A stretch of 64,000 nt of DNA from Eledone cirrhosa. Its lineage: Eukaryota. Within the stretch, counting starts at the first letter, position 1. Each line of letters begins with the position of its first letter. Under the pieces are notes generated by a model. It made no database searches and had not been told where the DNA came from. It was given only the letters and a program-made list of their open reading frames with translations. The translations under genes and the position numbers were made by a program. This document shows positions 14,318-28,102 of the stretch, piece by piece. The DNA lies in assembly GCA_964016885.1 (NCBI GenBank), contig OZ024742.1, forward strand, positions 243,784,001-243,848,000. The letters run 5' to 3'.

Positions 14318-14545
14318 TCAACCCTTTAGCATTACATTACTCTATATATACTATTGTATTATCACAGTAAAGGCTTTATCTTATATAATTATCTCGCACA
14401 ATATCGAATCTACAAGATTTTGATGTTATTTATTTTGAGAACAATACTTTTATGTAGGTATGAACAACCAGTTATGGCCGGTTTGAACAGAAAGAGGTGA
14501 GAGAGTTCTGGCCGGATACGGCGGGTTTAAATGCAAAAGGGTTAA
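14318..14545 (+). mobile_element. piggyBac-like MITE family 1, nested in an old RTE-tail SINE (~14285-14690)
   Basis: CCCTTTAGCATT...AATGCAAAAGGG-TTAA TIRs. Collinear with 8717-8930. It interrupts 'catgcttg...catgggttagac'. Confidence 0.8.
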
Positions 14546-16084
14546 ACATGGGGTTAGACAGGTCAGGTGACCACGTCTTTCTCATACAATCTGTTTTTGG
14601 CTTAGTTTTCTATAGTCAGATGTTTTTCCTGATGCCAACCACCTTACAGGTGAACTGGGTACTTTTTTTGTTATTGCACCAGCACGTGATACAATTATAG
14701 TTAATATTTCACTCCAGTAAAATCCAACTGCAGAAATTCTTTCGAGATTGGAATGGAATCCAACAGGTTAGGTGTTTCTTTCTATTAGAATGTACCTACT
14801 ATCTTGGCTACCATTTTATGTATCACACCCTTTATCAAATAACATACACACACTCTTGTGTTCAAAACTATTAATCTATAAATATAATCTAGACATGATA
14901 CACTATTTCATTCATGAAAACAACCTGATTTGGCTATTGAATTTTTTAACTATATTAATAATTAGTCTATACTAATTATTAATAATAATATATATATATT
15001 AATAATTATATATTAATATATATTAATAATTAGTCTATACTAGCTATTCTCTGACATAGATTTCATCTAGTTTCTACTCCATATTTTCATTTGTGATCAG
15101 CATATAGCTGACCAACATTCTTGTGGAAATCTATGAAGTCTTTAAGCAAATGATTAGTCTATAGTTTTCACTTCATTCAAGCTTAGGGACTCAAGAAGAT
15201 AGATGATTTAATGAAGTTCTACCTGGTTTTGAATAACATGTTCATCAAGAACACATTCTTGTAGTGTGTGAATTATTGATTTTTAAATTGAGCCTAACTA
15301 GTCTCTGCCACTAATAATTTTGGATACCATTGATTCATATGGCATCCATATACTATGCTAATTTTTCTGCTTTTGTAGTTTATTCTGAATTCTTTTTCAT
15401 CTCTTTTCTTCATCTATTCTCTAATCTATCCATCTACATGACAGCTCAAAATTGTACAAACTTGTGTATGTTTGATCTCAAACCATTTAAGAGTTTAGTA
15501 AAATTAATTTTATGATAGTGACAATCTTCATAGTGAATAAACAAAGATTTGTTCCTTGGTCTTTTTTTAGCTGTAGATATTCTTTTTCTTTCACTTTCTT
15601 TTTCATACCTTAGTTTATCTGACCATTTCAAGTGTAATTTGTAATTTCTCGTCTGTCACCAGTTAACAGTCTGTAGCTATTCTTAAAGCTTTCAAGATTG
15701 CAATTTCTTTATGGCCTGCACTTCTATTTATACATTTATATATTTCATTTGCTGTCCTAGCAATCTTTTAAGTTTTTATATTATTTTTATTTTCTTCTTG
15801 TTTTTATTGCAAACATATTTTCACTTTTTTGTTATCTATATTCTTTGTCCTTTCTACTGCTTTAGTAATTATGTATACTATATTTTTTAATAACTCTTTG
15901 CTGTCTACCTTGTCTCATAGGATTTGATTGGTATCTTGTTGAAGTTCATTGTTGATTTTTCTGGGTTTTTTTTATATTCTTAGTTTAGTTTTATTTTATT
16001 TGTTAATTTTTTTCTATGAACTTCATTAAGAAGGATTCTTTTAGCACATTCTCATCACCTTCATTGTTGTTAATGCAATTATTA

Positions 16085-16122
<38 letters not shown>

Positions 16123-16756
16123 GTTGTTTTTGATTATATGTGCCATAGACATTGGTGTAGACACGGTGAATTGTGTCTGGCCTAATTTTGATTTCTACTT
16201 TGGATCACTTCAGTCAAATTGATAATCTTCTTAGAAAAGATATGTTGATAATAATTTCTTAAATTCCTTTGTCTATACGGTTCTAATTTTATGTCTATGC
16301 AGGAGGCCATATTTTTAGTCAATATATATATATATATCATGTCATACCAGATCTAATCACAGTTTCTGAGGCAACATAAGTTAAAAATTAAATCAATACC
16401 CTATTGAATGCCATCTTTGTAGTAAGTTGATTATTCTAGAGAGTTTTTTTATTATATGCAATCCTGAATTTTTAATTACGATTATTGTATTTATTATTAT
16501 GCAATGAAACCATGTTCCTGAAATGGGGAAACTTGGAATTTCTGTTTACCATGGTATTTTGTTCAGATCTATGTTTGTCTTACCCACTCCTTTTTAAAAA
16601 ATAATAATCAGTTTCATTAACAATAGTGATAATAAAGTATTTTATAATTTTCTAAAGTTTTTCATTGACAAACAGATTCTTTCATTTAAATTGTGATTTT
16701 GTTTTGAAGGCACAAAGTGTTGTATCTTGCCACTATTAATGTATTAATTAAAACAA

Positions 16757-16941
16757 GGTGGCGGATTGGCAGTATCGGTAGAGGGTCGGACGCCATGCTT
16801 TCCAGCATAGTTACGTCCCTTTATGATTTGAGTTCAAATCCCGCCGAGGTTGACTTTGCCTTTCATCCTTACGGGGTCGATGAAATAAAGTACCAGTAAT
16901 GCACTGGGTAATTGCTGGCCATGTGTCAAAAAGTAGAAACA
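16757..16941 (+). mobile_element. SINE family 1, full length
   Basis: GGTGGCGGATTGGCAGTATCGG head, B-box and family body. Flanking duplication ATTAATGTATTAA at 16735-16747 and 16942-16954. Confidence 0.92.
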
Positions 16942-17179
16942 ATTAATGTATTAAAGTCTAGCTTGATCTAGTCTTTGGAACATTGATATAGTAAAGTGAT
17001 CTACCTAAACCAGATCTTTACTCTTTGTATCTTTCCAATCTCTCATCTAAATATTGGTTCTATTTAAAGAAAATTTGAATTTTGGAAAATTTTGTATATC
17101 TTGAAAATTGTTCAATTTTCAAAAATCATTTGTCATTTATTGTTATTATTTATTATTATTATTATTAATTATTATTATT

Positions 17180-17385
17180 GTGGTTTGGCAGTATCGGTAG
17201 AGCCTCAGACACCATGCTTTGCAGCATAGCCCTTTATGTTCTGAGTTCAAATCCTGCTGAGGCTAGCTTTGTTTTTCATCCTTATGGGTCGATAAAATAA
17301 AGCACCAGTAATGCACTGGGGTCGATATAATCACCCCCCCCCCCCCCAAAAAAAAAATTGCTGGCCTTGTGCCTATAATAGAAAT
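17180..17385 (+). mobile_element. SINE family 1, longer subfamily (extra GGGGTCGAT..C-rich segment)
   Basis: Same head and body, inserted in (ATT)n. Confidence 0.85.
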
Positions 17386-17399
17386 CATCATCATTATTA

Positions 17400-17900
17400 T
17401 TATTATTGTGTTAGTCTGAATGTAGGATCTGTGTCCATAGCTTTCATAGATGCTTCAAGACAATTGGAGTTATATTGTTAAAATTCTGCTTGAATTGTTG
17501 CAAATTGATAGCTACAGGAAACATATGTAAGGAGGGTATTCCAAAAGGTCAATCTTCTGTGAGTCTGGAGTGCTTGAGAGAGGTGGCACAAGACCAGTGA
17601 GATAGAAGAAGCAGAGGCTACTGTAGTAATGGTAAAAATGACAAAGGGAAGAGACAGCACTATTGTAGGTTAGAGATTAGAGTGTGTTGTGGGTCTCACC
17701 TGAGGGTTAATAGTTGTTGGAGGCTGAAGTATTTTCTGGCTTGGAAATTGAAAAACAGCCGTTTTATGTGCAGTCTTTGCTATTTGAGGATGTGCATTTA
17801 CTTAGAGAGATCTTCATTGTTGGAGAGGTTTAACATTTGTAGCAATCTTGAGAATTCTAGTTACACACTCTTCTTGTTTAGAGGCTTAGGGTGAAATGTG
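17400..17900 (-). pseudogene. CR1/Jockey-group LINE ORF2 C-terminal remnant
   Basis: Minus frame reads 'SLCHFYHYYSSLCFFYLTGLVPPL', resembling the 'SLSLFYRY..G.CSSEL..LVP' motif. A related plus-strand relic 'CLLYKGLCSSEFAD' lies at ~21030. Confidence 0.55.
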
Positions 17901-19345
17901 CTAATGTTTTTTTTTTTTGCTGGTGTATGTACAGTGATTGTATCTATTTACTGTTGAAAGAGCCAAGATTGGCATGACCACATTGGAGGATATTTTCAAG
18001 GTCTCTATTCAAGAAGTTAATGTAGATTTGGTATGAGGTGTCAGATCAAAAACTGAATGTATAAGGACTTATTTATTAGAAAAGGAAAACAAAAATTGCA
18101 ACTATTGAAAGAGTTCAGTTTAGTTTAGTTTTAAAAAACAACAGCAACAAAACAAACAAATAGGAATAGAAAAATATTCATTGCAAGAGACTTAATATTT
18201 GATTTCTTATCAGAAATAGAAAGTTTCATCACCCATTTATTTATTCAATAGTGTTATTTTTAAAAACATTCCTTCACATTAAAAATGCTTTCATTGTACG
18301 ATAAAGTTGAGATGGTCATGTGTCAAATAGGTCAGATTTTTTATTTACAGAGCCCTTTTCTCATATTTAATAGTTGATAAACCTTGATTCTGCTACTGCT
18401 CATATTCTGAAAGTGAATTTATAAGATGGTTGAGATATATGCTAAAAATACATAACCAAACTAAAAATGAATCAAGTTTTCTCAGAATTGTTTTAAATAC
18501 ATTTGACGGTAATAGGATGGTGAATTGTTGGATAGAATATCTTATGCTATTTGGTTTGGCTCTCTGCTCTGACTTCAAATCCTATTATGATCAACTTTGC
18601 TTTTCATCCATTCAAGGTTGATAAAATATAACACCAATTCATGGCACTGGATCAGCAGAATTGTTGGAGCATCAAACAAAATGCCTTGTAATGTCTATTC
18701 TGCAATTTTGCATTCTAAGTTCAAATTCTGCCTGGAAATTCAAATTCCACTGATAGCCAGTGCTATTCATCCGATTACAACTGATTATAGAAGAAGCTAC
18801 AATGAATGGTAGAGGATTGTGGCCATCTACTACTGCAGTTGAACGACGATGATGATGATGAATATGGATTGCATAGTTTTGAAAATGTGTCCACTTGTGT
18901 ACTGCTATAGCAAGAGTTTTTACAATTGGATGCCCTTAACCATTTATCAAGAAGTTGTAGGTAGGTGTTAAGAGCCAAGCATTAAGTTGAATAGAGTTAA
19001 CCAATAATATCCTGAATAATATCCAGAATAATATCCAGGGGGTTGTGCAGTCACTATAATAAAATTATCTGAATAATTTATTTAAATGCCCAAAGTATGA
19101 ATTATGAATCTAGATTGTATTACTATCATCATTATCATTTTTATGTTCGTCCCCCCACTGGCATGGGTTGAATGAGATGTCATTCCTGATGCCAACCTTC
19201 ATTTGTTTTTAAATACACTATTGATCATTACACATAGGATTACTAAGATGTGTAGGACATATTGTCTATGCTGAACATAATCAAATGTCAAGCATTGCTA
19301 ATGTTAAGTATAGACAAATACAGAGAGAGAGAGAGAGAGAATAAT

Positions 19346-19455
19346 GAAGGCATGTGGTCTAATGGTTAGAGTGTTTGACTCATGGTCATAAGTTGGATTT
19401 CTAGCTCAGGCAGTGCACTGTGTTCTTGTTCAAGACACTTCATTTCATGTTGCTT
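19346..19455 (+). mobile_element. Old SINE family 2 head, directly abutting an RTE fragment
   Basis: 'ggcatgtggtctaatggttagagtg...cttgttcaagacacttcatttcatgttgct'. Confidence 0.6.
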
Positions 19456-19461
19456 TTCATG

Positions 19462-20131
19462 ATATACGTGAACGGCAAAGCATAAACGAACTAAGGGAGA
19501 AATTAGGAATAAGAGGGATCAGATGTTGTTTACTCGAGAGAAGACTACGTTGGTACGGTCACGTGATGCGCATGAAAGACGATAGCTGTATAAAAAAGTG
19601 CAGGGCGATAAAAATAGACGGTAGGCAGACCCAGAAAAACCTGGGACGACTTGATAAATTCCGACCTCACACACTTACACCTCTCCAAGACAATGTCACT
19701 GGACCGAGATCTTTGGCGCTACACAGTAATACAGAAGACCCGCCTTACCTAAGTACAAAGTGAAACCTACAGTCAGTAGGCACCTCTAACAAAAATACAC
19801 CCCCGTCCCACTACCCCCACCCCATCCACACCACCCCCTTCAATGTGAAGTTATGTTGGTACCACAACATCCAGTCCGAAACAAATGCGGTCGTGTAGGT
19901 GTCACGACAAAAAAACACAGTCCACGCTGTAATGTGGCCGTGTAGGTAACACGGTAAAAACCTCCCAGTCCACACTGTAAACGTGGTTGGTGTTAGGAAG
20001 GGCATCCAGCCATAGAAAACCCTGCCAGACAGTCCTATACGAGCAAGACAACCAAATCTTGCCTCAAGTGGGAAAACTCCCGTCCAAACCCATGCAAGCG
20101 TGGAAGATGGACGTTAAACGATGATGATGAT
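19462..20131 (+). mobile_element. RTE LINE family A, 5'-truncated 3' end
   Basis: 'RERQSINELREKLGIRGIRCCLLERRLRWYGHVMRM', family 3' UTR and (GAT)n tail. Confidence 0.93.
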
Positions 20132-21744
20132 AGGACTGGAAGCTCTATCATTAAAACATCCAAGAAACCTATGAGATACAACTGTAGGGGGAGGTCAGCT
20201 AAATCTACATGTGAGCTGCCTATTTAATTATTTTTCATTTTACATATATAAATATATGCACATAAATATATAGGATGTATAGTTTCCATCTACCAATTTC
20301 ACTCACAAAGCATTGAGGCGCCAGCAGAATACATTTGCTTAAAGTGCCATGCGATTGGATCAAATCCAATCTCACAAGCTTGTGAAACCAGCTTTTTAAC
20401 CATACAACTTCACCTAGTATTTACATTTGAAATCTAACACACCAAATACATTATTTACATTTTAATTCAATAACTGTCATAAAAAATTACTATTAAGATT
20501 TTAAGAGTATATATACATAATTTAAGTAAAAATAAAATAAATCTATAACAAAAAAAAAATGGATGTTTTTATTTATTGTTGGTGTGCAATTAATCTGAAC
20601 TCTTCCTTAAAAAAATCAATTCAGGTTATCTGCAACTTACCTGCTGAAATTCCTGATTTTGATTATATTGAAGCTGGTTTTATATGAAACTGACACACTG
20701 TTAAGAGAATTAAACCTTAGACTTCATATTCCAATATATTTCACTGCTTCTTGTGTTATGCTATCATTTGCATGCATCCATATATACACAAATGCACATA
20801 CACCTACAGACTTTATTTATTCTGTAAATTAACCTCAATTAAACCCATTGGAAAATAACTTATAAACACTTTCTGTTAGAAAGCGTTTTAGTTGAGATTT
20901 GTTTATTTCTAACAGATGTACCAAATGGACTAGGATTTGAACACTGAAACATAAATGAGAGTTAGTTAAATCTGCCTGCCTAATAGATAGATCATTTCTA
21001 ATTGATAATCCTTGCCTCGTTGTTATAGTGTGTTCTTATTGTCTCTTATATAAAGGACTTTGTTCTTCAGAATTTGCAGACAGAACCTTACATGAATGTG
21101 AATATAGTTATTACTCTCATCTCCACCTGCAATATATTTCTTTCTCCTTAGTCTTATATCTACTATTATATTCAGTTCTTCATTCCACAATGTATACTTG
21201 CAGTATTGAAATAGCCAAATCTTTCAAGCATCACATCTATAAGTTTATCTCTCTCTCTTTTTTTAATTTTGCTATTCTTGATTAAGGGTGAGTTCCCAAA
21301 TTATTTGATTCCAATTCAATTTGCTGGGAAGTGATCACACTCCACTAACATTATTAATGTCCTCAAAAAGGAATACATTTTATGCAATTTCAGTTCTGCT
21401 TTTATAAATATGAAACTTTGTGCCTATTTATGAAATCTTTATTCAAGCAAACTTTGATGTTAACATATTTCCAAATCACACGAATGAAGGAGTTGTAAAA
21501 ATATTCTTTTACTTGTTACAGCCATCAAAGTGAGGTCATTGAACTGCAGCACTATCTTGTTTAAGCTTGTTTATTATTATCTCATGGTTCATTCTGCTAG
21601 CAGACTTTGTATGAATTTTCTTTATATTTACTTTTTTGTTGTATTCTATTGACATAGAAACATCTTCAATTTTGAACTAGTAACTGTTGTTGCATTATTA
21701 TTATTATTTTTTCTTTTCTTATATAAATAATAAAAATATTTACA

Positions 21745-21822
21745 CGCACAAAACCCACATCGTACCGTTCTGTGCCGTCTGTAATGTTTTTCTTGATGTC
21801 AGCCCTTGTGGCCAATAAAGAA
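21745..21822 (+). mobile_element. Probable short 3' end of an unidentified non-LTR element
   Basis: CpG-rich ~80 bp ending 'gcccttgtggccAATAAAgaa' followed by (ATT)n, in an otherwise CpG-poor background. Confidence 0.4.
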
Positions 21823-22901
21823 ATCATTATTATTATTATTATTATGATGATGATGATGAAACGAATGAATAATTTGACATAAAAAAAAAAAATCAAAATG
21901 AGCATAAAAAATTGAAATCTTTCAATATCTTATTTCACTAACGATATTTCATTTTAGAGAATAACAATGTCATAAAGATGTTCACAAAAAAATTCCAAAT
22001 ATCATTATCAATCATTACTATCACCATCATCATTCTAAACTTCTTGAAAGCCCCTAGTCATTTCCCACATTGAACACATGAAAGTCATCTCTATATAGTC
22101 TTATTTGCATATAATCTTTTATTTTCAAGAGTGTCCATTCTGTTGTTAATCTTACTCTTTTACTGGTTTCAGCTATCTGGCTGGGGCCATGATGGGGCTC
22201 TGCCAAGTTCAACATTTATTTTATATTTTCTTTGTTTTATCTATTCTATTTTCACTTTATTGATTGTCTTTCTCTTTTTCTTCATTTCTTCATCACATTT
22301 CCCTTTGTAGTTCTTAGAGTCTGTCTGACATGTTGCATCCCTGAGCCTATTGGGAAGCTATAAGTTGATTTGTTTAGCTTGCAGGTTATTAAGCCATGTA
22401 TTAGTTTTAGTATAATTCTATATTTGACTTGCAAAACATTCAAATTTTTTGTTCTAAAAGCTGGTTTGTGTCTGAAGGCTTCATAACTTTAGATTCCTCT
22501 ACTTTATCTAGATTAGCTAAAATCAGATATATTAACTTCATGAAGCACTATTTTCTAACTCTAACCTCATGCAAAGAAGTGTAACCAGAAACACTTCTAA
22601 ATTCCAAAACTTTAACTAGCACAAATTATACAAGTGCTGCCAAAAACTTAAGCTTCACTTTATGTGGAAGGTTCTCCAATCCATGACTGCAGAGATATAA
22701 AACTTTATGATTATTTAAATTCGATTGAGCTATCAAATTTTATGTAATTCATGTTAATTATAAGCTCAAGTTTTCCTCTTGCAATGGTTAGTTGGTCTGA
22801 TTCTTTAGATGTTGTCTGGCTTCAGAAATATATTACCAGCAAAATAAAACCTATTTAGTCACCCTTCATTGATAATTTACTCTCCCCAGCTTTTATATAT
22901 T

Positions 22902-22952
<51 letters not shown>

Positions 22953-22954
22953 AT

Positions 22955-23326
22955 TGCATGCTCCGCTGGATGTGTAACAGTAATATACGTGAACGGCAAA
23001 GCATAAACGAACTAAGGAAAAAATTAGAAATAAGAGGGATCAGATGTTGTTTACTCGAGAGAAGGCTACGTTGGTATGGACACGTGATGCGCATGAAAGT
23101 CGATAGCTGTATAACAAAGTGCAGGGCAATAAAGATAGACGGTAGCCACGGAATAGGCAGACCTAGAAAAACCTGGGACGAGCTGATAAACTCCGACCTC
23201 ACACACTTACAAGACAATGTCACTGGACCGAGACCTTTGGCGGTACTCAGTAACAGAGAAGACCCGCCTTACCTAAATACATAGTAAAACCTACTACAGC
23301 CAGTAGGCATCTCTAACAAAATACCC
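22955..23326 (+). mobile_element. RTE family A fragment lacking its 3' tail
   Basis: ORF 22958-23284 is the RTE C-terminus. It starts right after (TA)n and stops ~45 bp into the 3' UTR. Confidence 0.9.
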
Positions 23327-24264
23327 AGCTTCCGTTACCTGGGTGACAAAATCAGCAGTGGGGGAGGGTGCTCTGAAAGTACAGTAGCTAGAGTCAGAAC
23401 TGGATGGAAAAAGTTCAGAGAGCTTATACCACTATTAGCCGCTAAAGCGTTCTCTCTAAAAATGAAAGGCAGGTTATATGATGCCTGCATACGAACAGCA
23501 ATGCTGCAAGGCAGTGAGACCTGGGCATTGTGTGCAGAGGATATACGCAGACTAGAGAGGAACGAAGCTTGCATGCTCCGCTGGATGTGCAATAGTAATA
23601 TACGTGAACGGCTAAGCATAAACAAACTAAGGAAAAAATTAGAAATAAGAGGGATCAGATGTTGTTTACTCGAGAGAAGGCTACGTTGGTATGGTCACGT
23701 GATGCGCATGAAAGACGACAGCTGTATAACAAAGTGCAGGGCAATAAAGATAGACGGTAGCCACGGAGTAGGCAGACCCAGAAAAACCTTGGACGACATG
23801 ATAAATTCCGACCTCACACGCTTACACCTCTCCAAGACAATGTCACTGGACCGAGGGCTTTGGCGGTACTCAGTAATAGAGAAGACCCACCTTACCTAAA
23901 TGCAAAGTAAAACCTACTACAATCAGTAGGCATCTCTATCACCCCCCCCCCCCATCCACACCGCCCCTTTCAATGTAAAGTTATGTTGGTGCCACAACAT
24001 CCAGGCCGAAACAAATGAGATCGTGTAGGTGTCACGACAAAAAACACACAGTCCACGCTGTAATGTGGCCGTGTAGGCAACACGGTAAAAACCTCCCAGC
24101 CCCACACTGTAAATGTGGTTGGTGTTAGGAAGGGCATCCAGCTGTAGAAAACCCGCCAGACAGTCCTATGCGAGCAAGACAATCACTCTTGCCTCAAGTG
24201 GGAAAACCCCTGTCCAAACCCATGCAAGCGTGGAACACGGATGTTAAACGTTGATGATGATGAT
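23327..24264 (+). mobile_element. RTE family A, 5'-truncated
   Basis: 'FRYLGDKISSGGG...GRPRKT...EKTHLT*', 3' UTR and (GAT)n tail. Confidence 0.93.
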
Positions 24265-24289
24265 CATATATATATATATATCATACATA

Positions 24290-24873
24290 TCATAATGAAA
24301 ATCCGAAGGCAAGGTAAAATTCCAATCATTTAATCACGACACATGTTTCAATAAGAGATAGATCGATTGTGAAGCCATGATCGATTCTCACTGATCTCAT
24401 CAGGTGAAAATGAATTGTCTTCAAATTCTTGATATGAGGGAGAAAAAATAACGATGTTTCCTCACATAATTCATTCCCTCATATAGAGACACACCAGTCA
24501 GTCAGAGACAAGGCGACTGCTATTAGCTTTAGTTGAGGTCATAAAAGTTTTCAGTCTTCTATAGCTGCAAAAGACACGACATCAAACAAATCCGTAGGGA
24601 TACAGTCAGTCACAGTTAGAAGTGAGTGGGTACAGTTGATGAATGTGAATCCGAAATATATAGGGACAATTAAATCCCTCCCAAGGTAACTCTCTCTCGT
24701 GTTGTTATTTTAATTTTATCCTTTATACTCTTTCCTTCATTCTTCTACACGTCTTATACACACCACGCATCTCAACGTACACCCACTTACATCTCCCTCT
24801 CCACCACCGGATCTTGTTACCCGGAGATTTACCCATTTGCATGGTCGAGGCTTCCAAACGACTTAAAGATATT

Positions 24874-24878
<5 letters not shown>
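24290..24878 (-). mobile_element. Putative Penelope-like element pLTR fragment
   Basis: CpG-containing island between TA arrays, carrying the hammerhead, a polyA signal and a T-rich downstream segment. No recognisable ORF. Confidence 0.5.
24334..24407 (-). ncRNA. Type I hammerhead ribozyme motif (Penelope-like element type)
   Basis: Minus strand: UCAC-CUGAUGA-[long stem II with GAGA-AUCGAU/AUCGAU-UCUC pairing]-GAAAC-AUGU-GUC|GUGA, followed by ATTAAA. Confidence 0.75.
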
Positions 24879-24908
<30 letters not shown>

Positions 24909-25060
24909 TATATATATATCATAAATATATATATATATATATATATCATATATATCATATATATCTATATATATCTATATAATATATATATATATATATA
25001 TCATTTTATATATATATATATCATATATATATATATATATATATCATATATATCATATAT

Positions 25061-25103
<43 letters not shown>

Positions 25104-25209
25104 TATTTATCATATATATATATATATATCATATATATATATATATCATATATGTATATATATATATCATATATATATATATCATATATATATTTATATC
25201 ATATATCAT
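24879..25209. repeat. (TA)n array interrupted by TC
   Basis: Direct reading. Similar arrays at 27918-28100, 28435-28560, 29062-29648, 32169-32621 and 36114-37440. Confidence 0.97.
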
Positions 25210-27917
25210 ATCATCATCATCATCATCAACGTTTAACGTCCGTGTTCCACGCTTGCATGGGTTTGGACGGGGGTATTCCCACTTGAGGCTAGAGTGATTG
25301 TCTTGCTCGCATAGGACTGTCTGGCAGGTTTTCTACAGTTGGATGCCCTTCCTAACACCAACCACATTTACAGTGTGGGTCTGGGAGGTTTTTACCGTGT
25401 TGCCTACACGGCCACATTACAGCGTGGACTGTGTTTTTTTGTCGCGACACCTACACGATCTCATTTGTTTCGGCCTGGATGGCGCGGCACCAACATAACT
25501 TTACATAGAACGGGGTGGGGGTGGTGGGACGGGGTGTATTTTGTTAGAGATGCCTACTTGCTGTAGTAGGTTTTACTATGTATTTAGGTAAGGCGGGTCT
25601 TCTCTGTTACTGAGTACCGCCAAAGGTCTCGGTCCAGTGACATTGTCTTGGAGAGGTGTAAGTGTGTGAGCTCGGAGTTTATCAGCTTGTCCCAGGTTTT
25701 TCTAGGTCTGCCTATTCCGTGGCTACCGTCTATCTTTATTGCCCTGCACTTTGTTATACAGCTATCGACTTTCATGTGCATCACGTGTCCATACCAACGT
25801 AGCCTTCTCTCGAGTAAACAACATCTGATCCCTCTTATTTCTAATTTTTTCCTTAGTTCGTTTATGCTTTGCCGTTCACGTATATTACTGTTACACATCC
25901 AGCGGAGCATGCAAGCTTCGTTCCTCTCTAGTCTGCGTATATCCTCTGCACACAATGCCCAGGTCTCACTGCCATGCAACATTGCTGTTCGTATGCAGGC
26001 ATCATACAACCTGCCTTTCATTTTTAGGGAGAACCCTTTAGCAGCTAATAGTGGTATAAGCTCTCTGAACTTTTTCCAACCAGTTCTGACTCTAGCTACT
26101 GTACTTTCAGAGCACCCTCCCCCACTGCTGATTTTATCGCCCAGGTAACGGAAGCTGTCCACTATTTCTATAGAACCCTCTGCGCAATTGAAAGAGCTAG
26201 TATTTTGTGGGCACTTGCTGCTACTTATTGCACCAGAGCACCGGCCACATGTAAAATCTATGTTCTTAGTTAGCTTACCTGTGATCCCACTACATCTTTT
26301 ATGCACCCATACTTTGCATTTAGGACATAAAATGGAGTTTCTACCTACGCCTTTCCTACACACTGAGCATGGCCATTTCCCGGAAGGGACCGCCGCCTTA
26401 TTTTCTTTCCTACAAACTAGAACTTTAGTCTTAGCCAGGTTAATTTTAAGTCCTTTTGATTCTAGGCCGTGCTTCCATGTTTGGAATTTCTTCTCTAGCT
26501 CGGCCATTGATTCAGCTATGAGTGTCAGGTCGTCTGCGAATAGGAGTTCCCATGGGCAGCCGGTCTTGAACTCCTCTGTTATAGCCTGAAGGGCAATAAT
26601 AAATAGTAGGGGGCTGAGAACAGAGCCCTGATGGACGCCAACTTTTACGCTAAACTCTTCACTATATTCGTTGTTAATTCTAACCTTGCTGACTGTTTCT
26701 TTATACATGGCTTGTATAGCTCTCACAAGCCATTCGTCAACCCCTAGTTTTATAAGAGCCCACATATATGTAGCTGGGGACTCTGTCGAAGGATTTCTCC
26801 AAGTCGACAAAAGCTAAGTAGAGGGGGTTTACCTTTAGCTAGGTACTTCTCCTGTAGTTGTCGTACAATGAAAAGAGCGTCTGTGGTACTTTTGCCTGAC
26901 ACAAACCCGAACTGCATTTCATCTAGGTCAATTCTCTCTCTGATTAGTTGCGCTATTACTTTTTCCGTGACCTTCATGACCTGGTCGATTAATTTAATGC
27001 TTCTATAGTTACTCCTATCTAGGGCATCTCCTTTACCCTTATAACAGTTAACGATGATGCTGCTATGCCAGTCCTTCGGAACAACCCCATTCTGTACGAC
27101 TTGGTTAACTATGCGGGTGACCATGGTGTGTCCCACCGTGCCAGATGCCTTCAGCATCTCAGCAACTATTTCCGAAGGCCCAGCCGCCTTACCCGTCTTC
27201 ATATCCTTGATTGCCTTACTTATTATACTCCCCTCGACTAACACTGCTGGTCCCTCTATTGGGTCGATGTGGTGGAGACTGTCTTTCTCCCATTTATTCT
27301 CCTCATTTAGTAGCCTTTCATAGTGACACTTCCAAGCTACCTTCTTATCAGCGTCGGTGATGGCAAGTACGCCGTCATCATTAAGTACACACTTCTCCCC
27401 GACAATATCACGGTTTTCCTTGACGCATTGCCTAGCAATCCTGAACACCTCACGTTTTTGGTCCTCGCGTTATAGAACATGCTTGAACTTTCTTTCCTCT
27501 GCTTCCCTTCTTGCGAAGTACACTTGTCTCCTAGCTTCCCTCCTGGCCACTTGATAGTCTTCTCTACTTCCCCCATCCCGCCATACTTCCAAGCCTGCTT
27601 TTTGGCCTTAATTGACCCCTCCACCTTACTGTTCCACCACCATGTTACTCTCCTCCTGCCTACAGGCCTGCTCCAGCCACAGACTTCGTCTGTCGCCATC
27701 AGCAGGTCTGCTTTCAGAAATTCCCACTGTCCCTCTATATTGTCCGACTCTAAATGCTCTTCATTACTGTCGAAAGCATCAAGTAATATGCTTTGAAATT
27801 TATTTCTGGCTGTGGGGTCCTTTAGCTTCCATATTTTTCTCCTGAGGATAGTCCTCTTCTGCTGTCGAGTACGTCTCGTCCTGACTATGAGGTCGCTAAT
27901 TATCAGTCTATGCTGGG
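25210..27917 (-). mobile_element. RTE family A LINE, 5'-truncated at the end of the AP endonuclease; ORF2 frameshifted
   Basis: ORFs 27337-27945, 26750-27448 and 25584-26810 give 'SQHRLIISDL', 'NYRSIKL', 'QFGF', 'GVHQGSVLSPLLF', 'FADD', a C4HC3 finger and 'RWYGHV'. (CAT)n tail. Confidence 0.96.
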
Positions 27918-28033
27918 AGATATATATATATATCATATATATCATATATATATATTATATATATATATCATATATATATATATCATATATATATCATATA
28001 TATATATATCATATATATATCATATATATATAT

Positions 28034-28100
<67 letters not shown>

Positions 28101-28102
<2 letters not shown>

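Noticed and set aside
13600-16450. Pyrimidine-skewed stretch resembling an ancient minus-strand retroelement
   Set aside because: No RT motif could be read with confidence.
20641-20697. Candidate 57-nt minus-strand exon (ttaacAG ... CAG|GTAAGT)
   Set aside because: Good splice signals but no recognisable peptide and no partner exons. Expected by chance in 64 kb.
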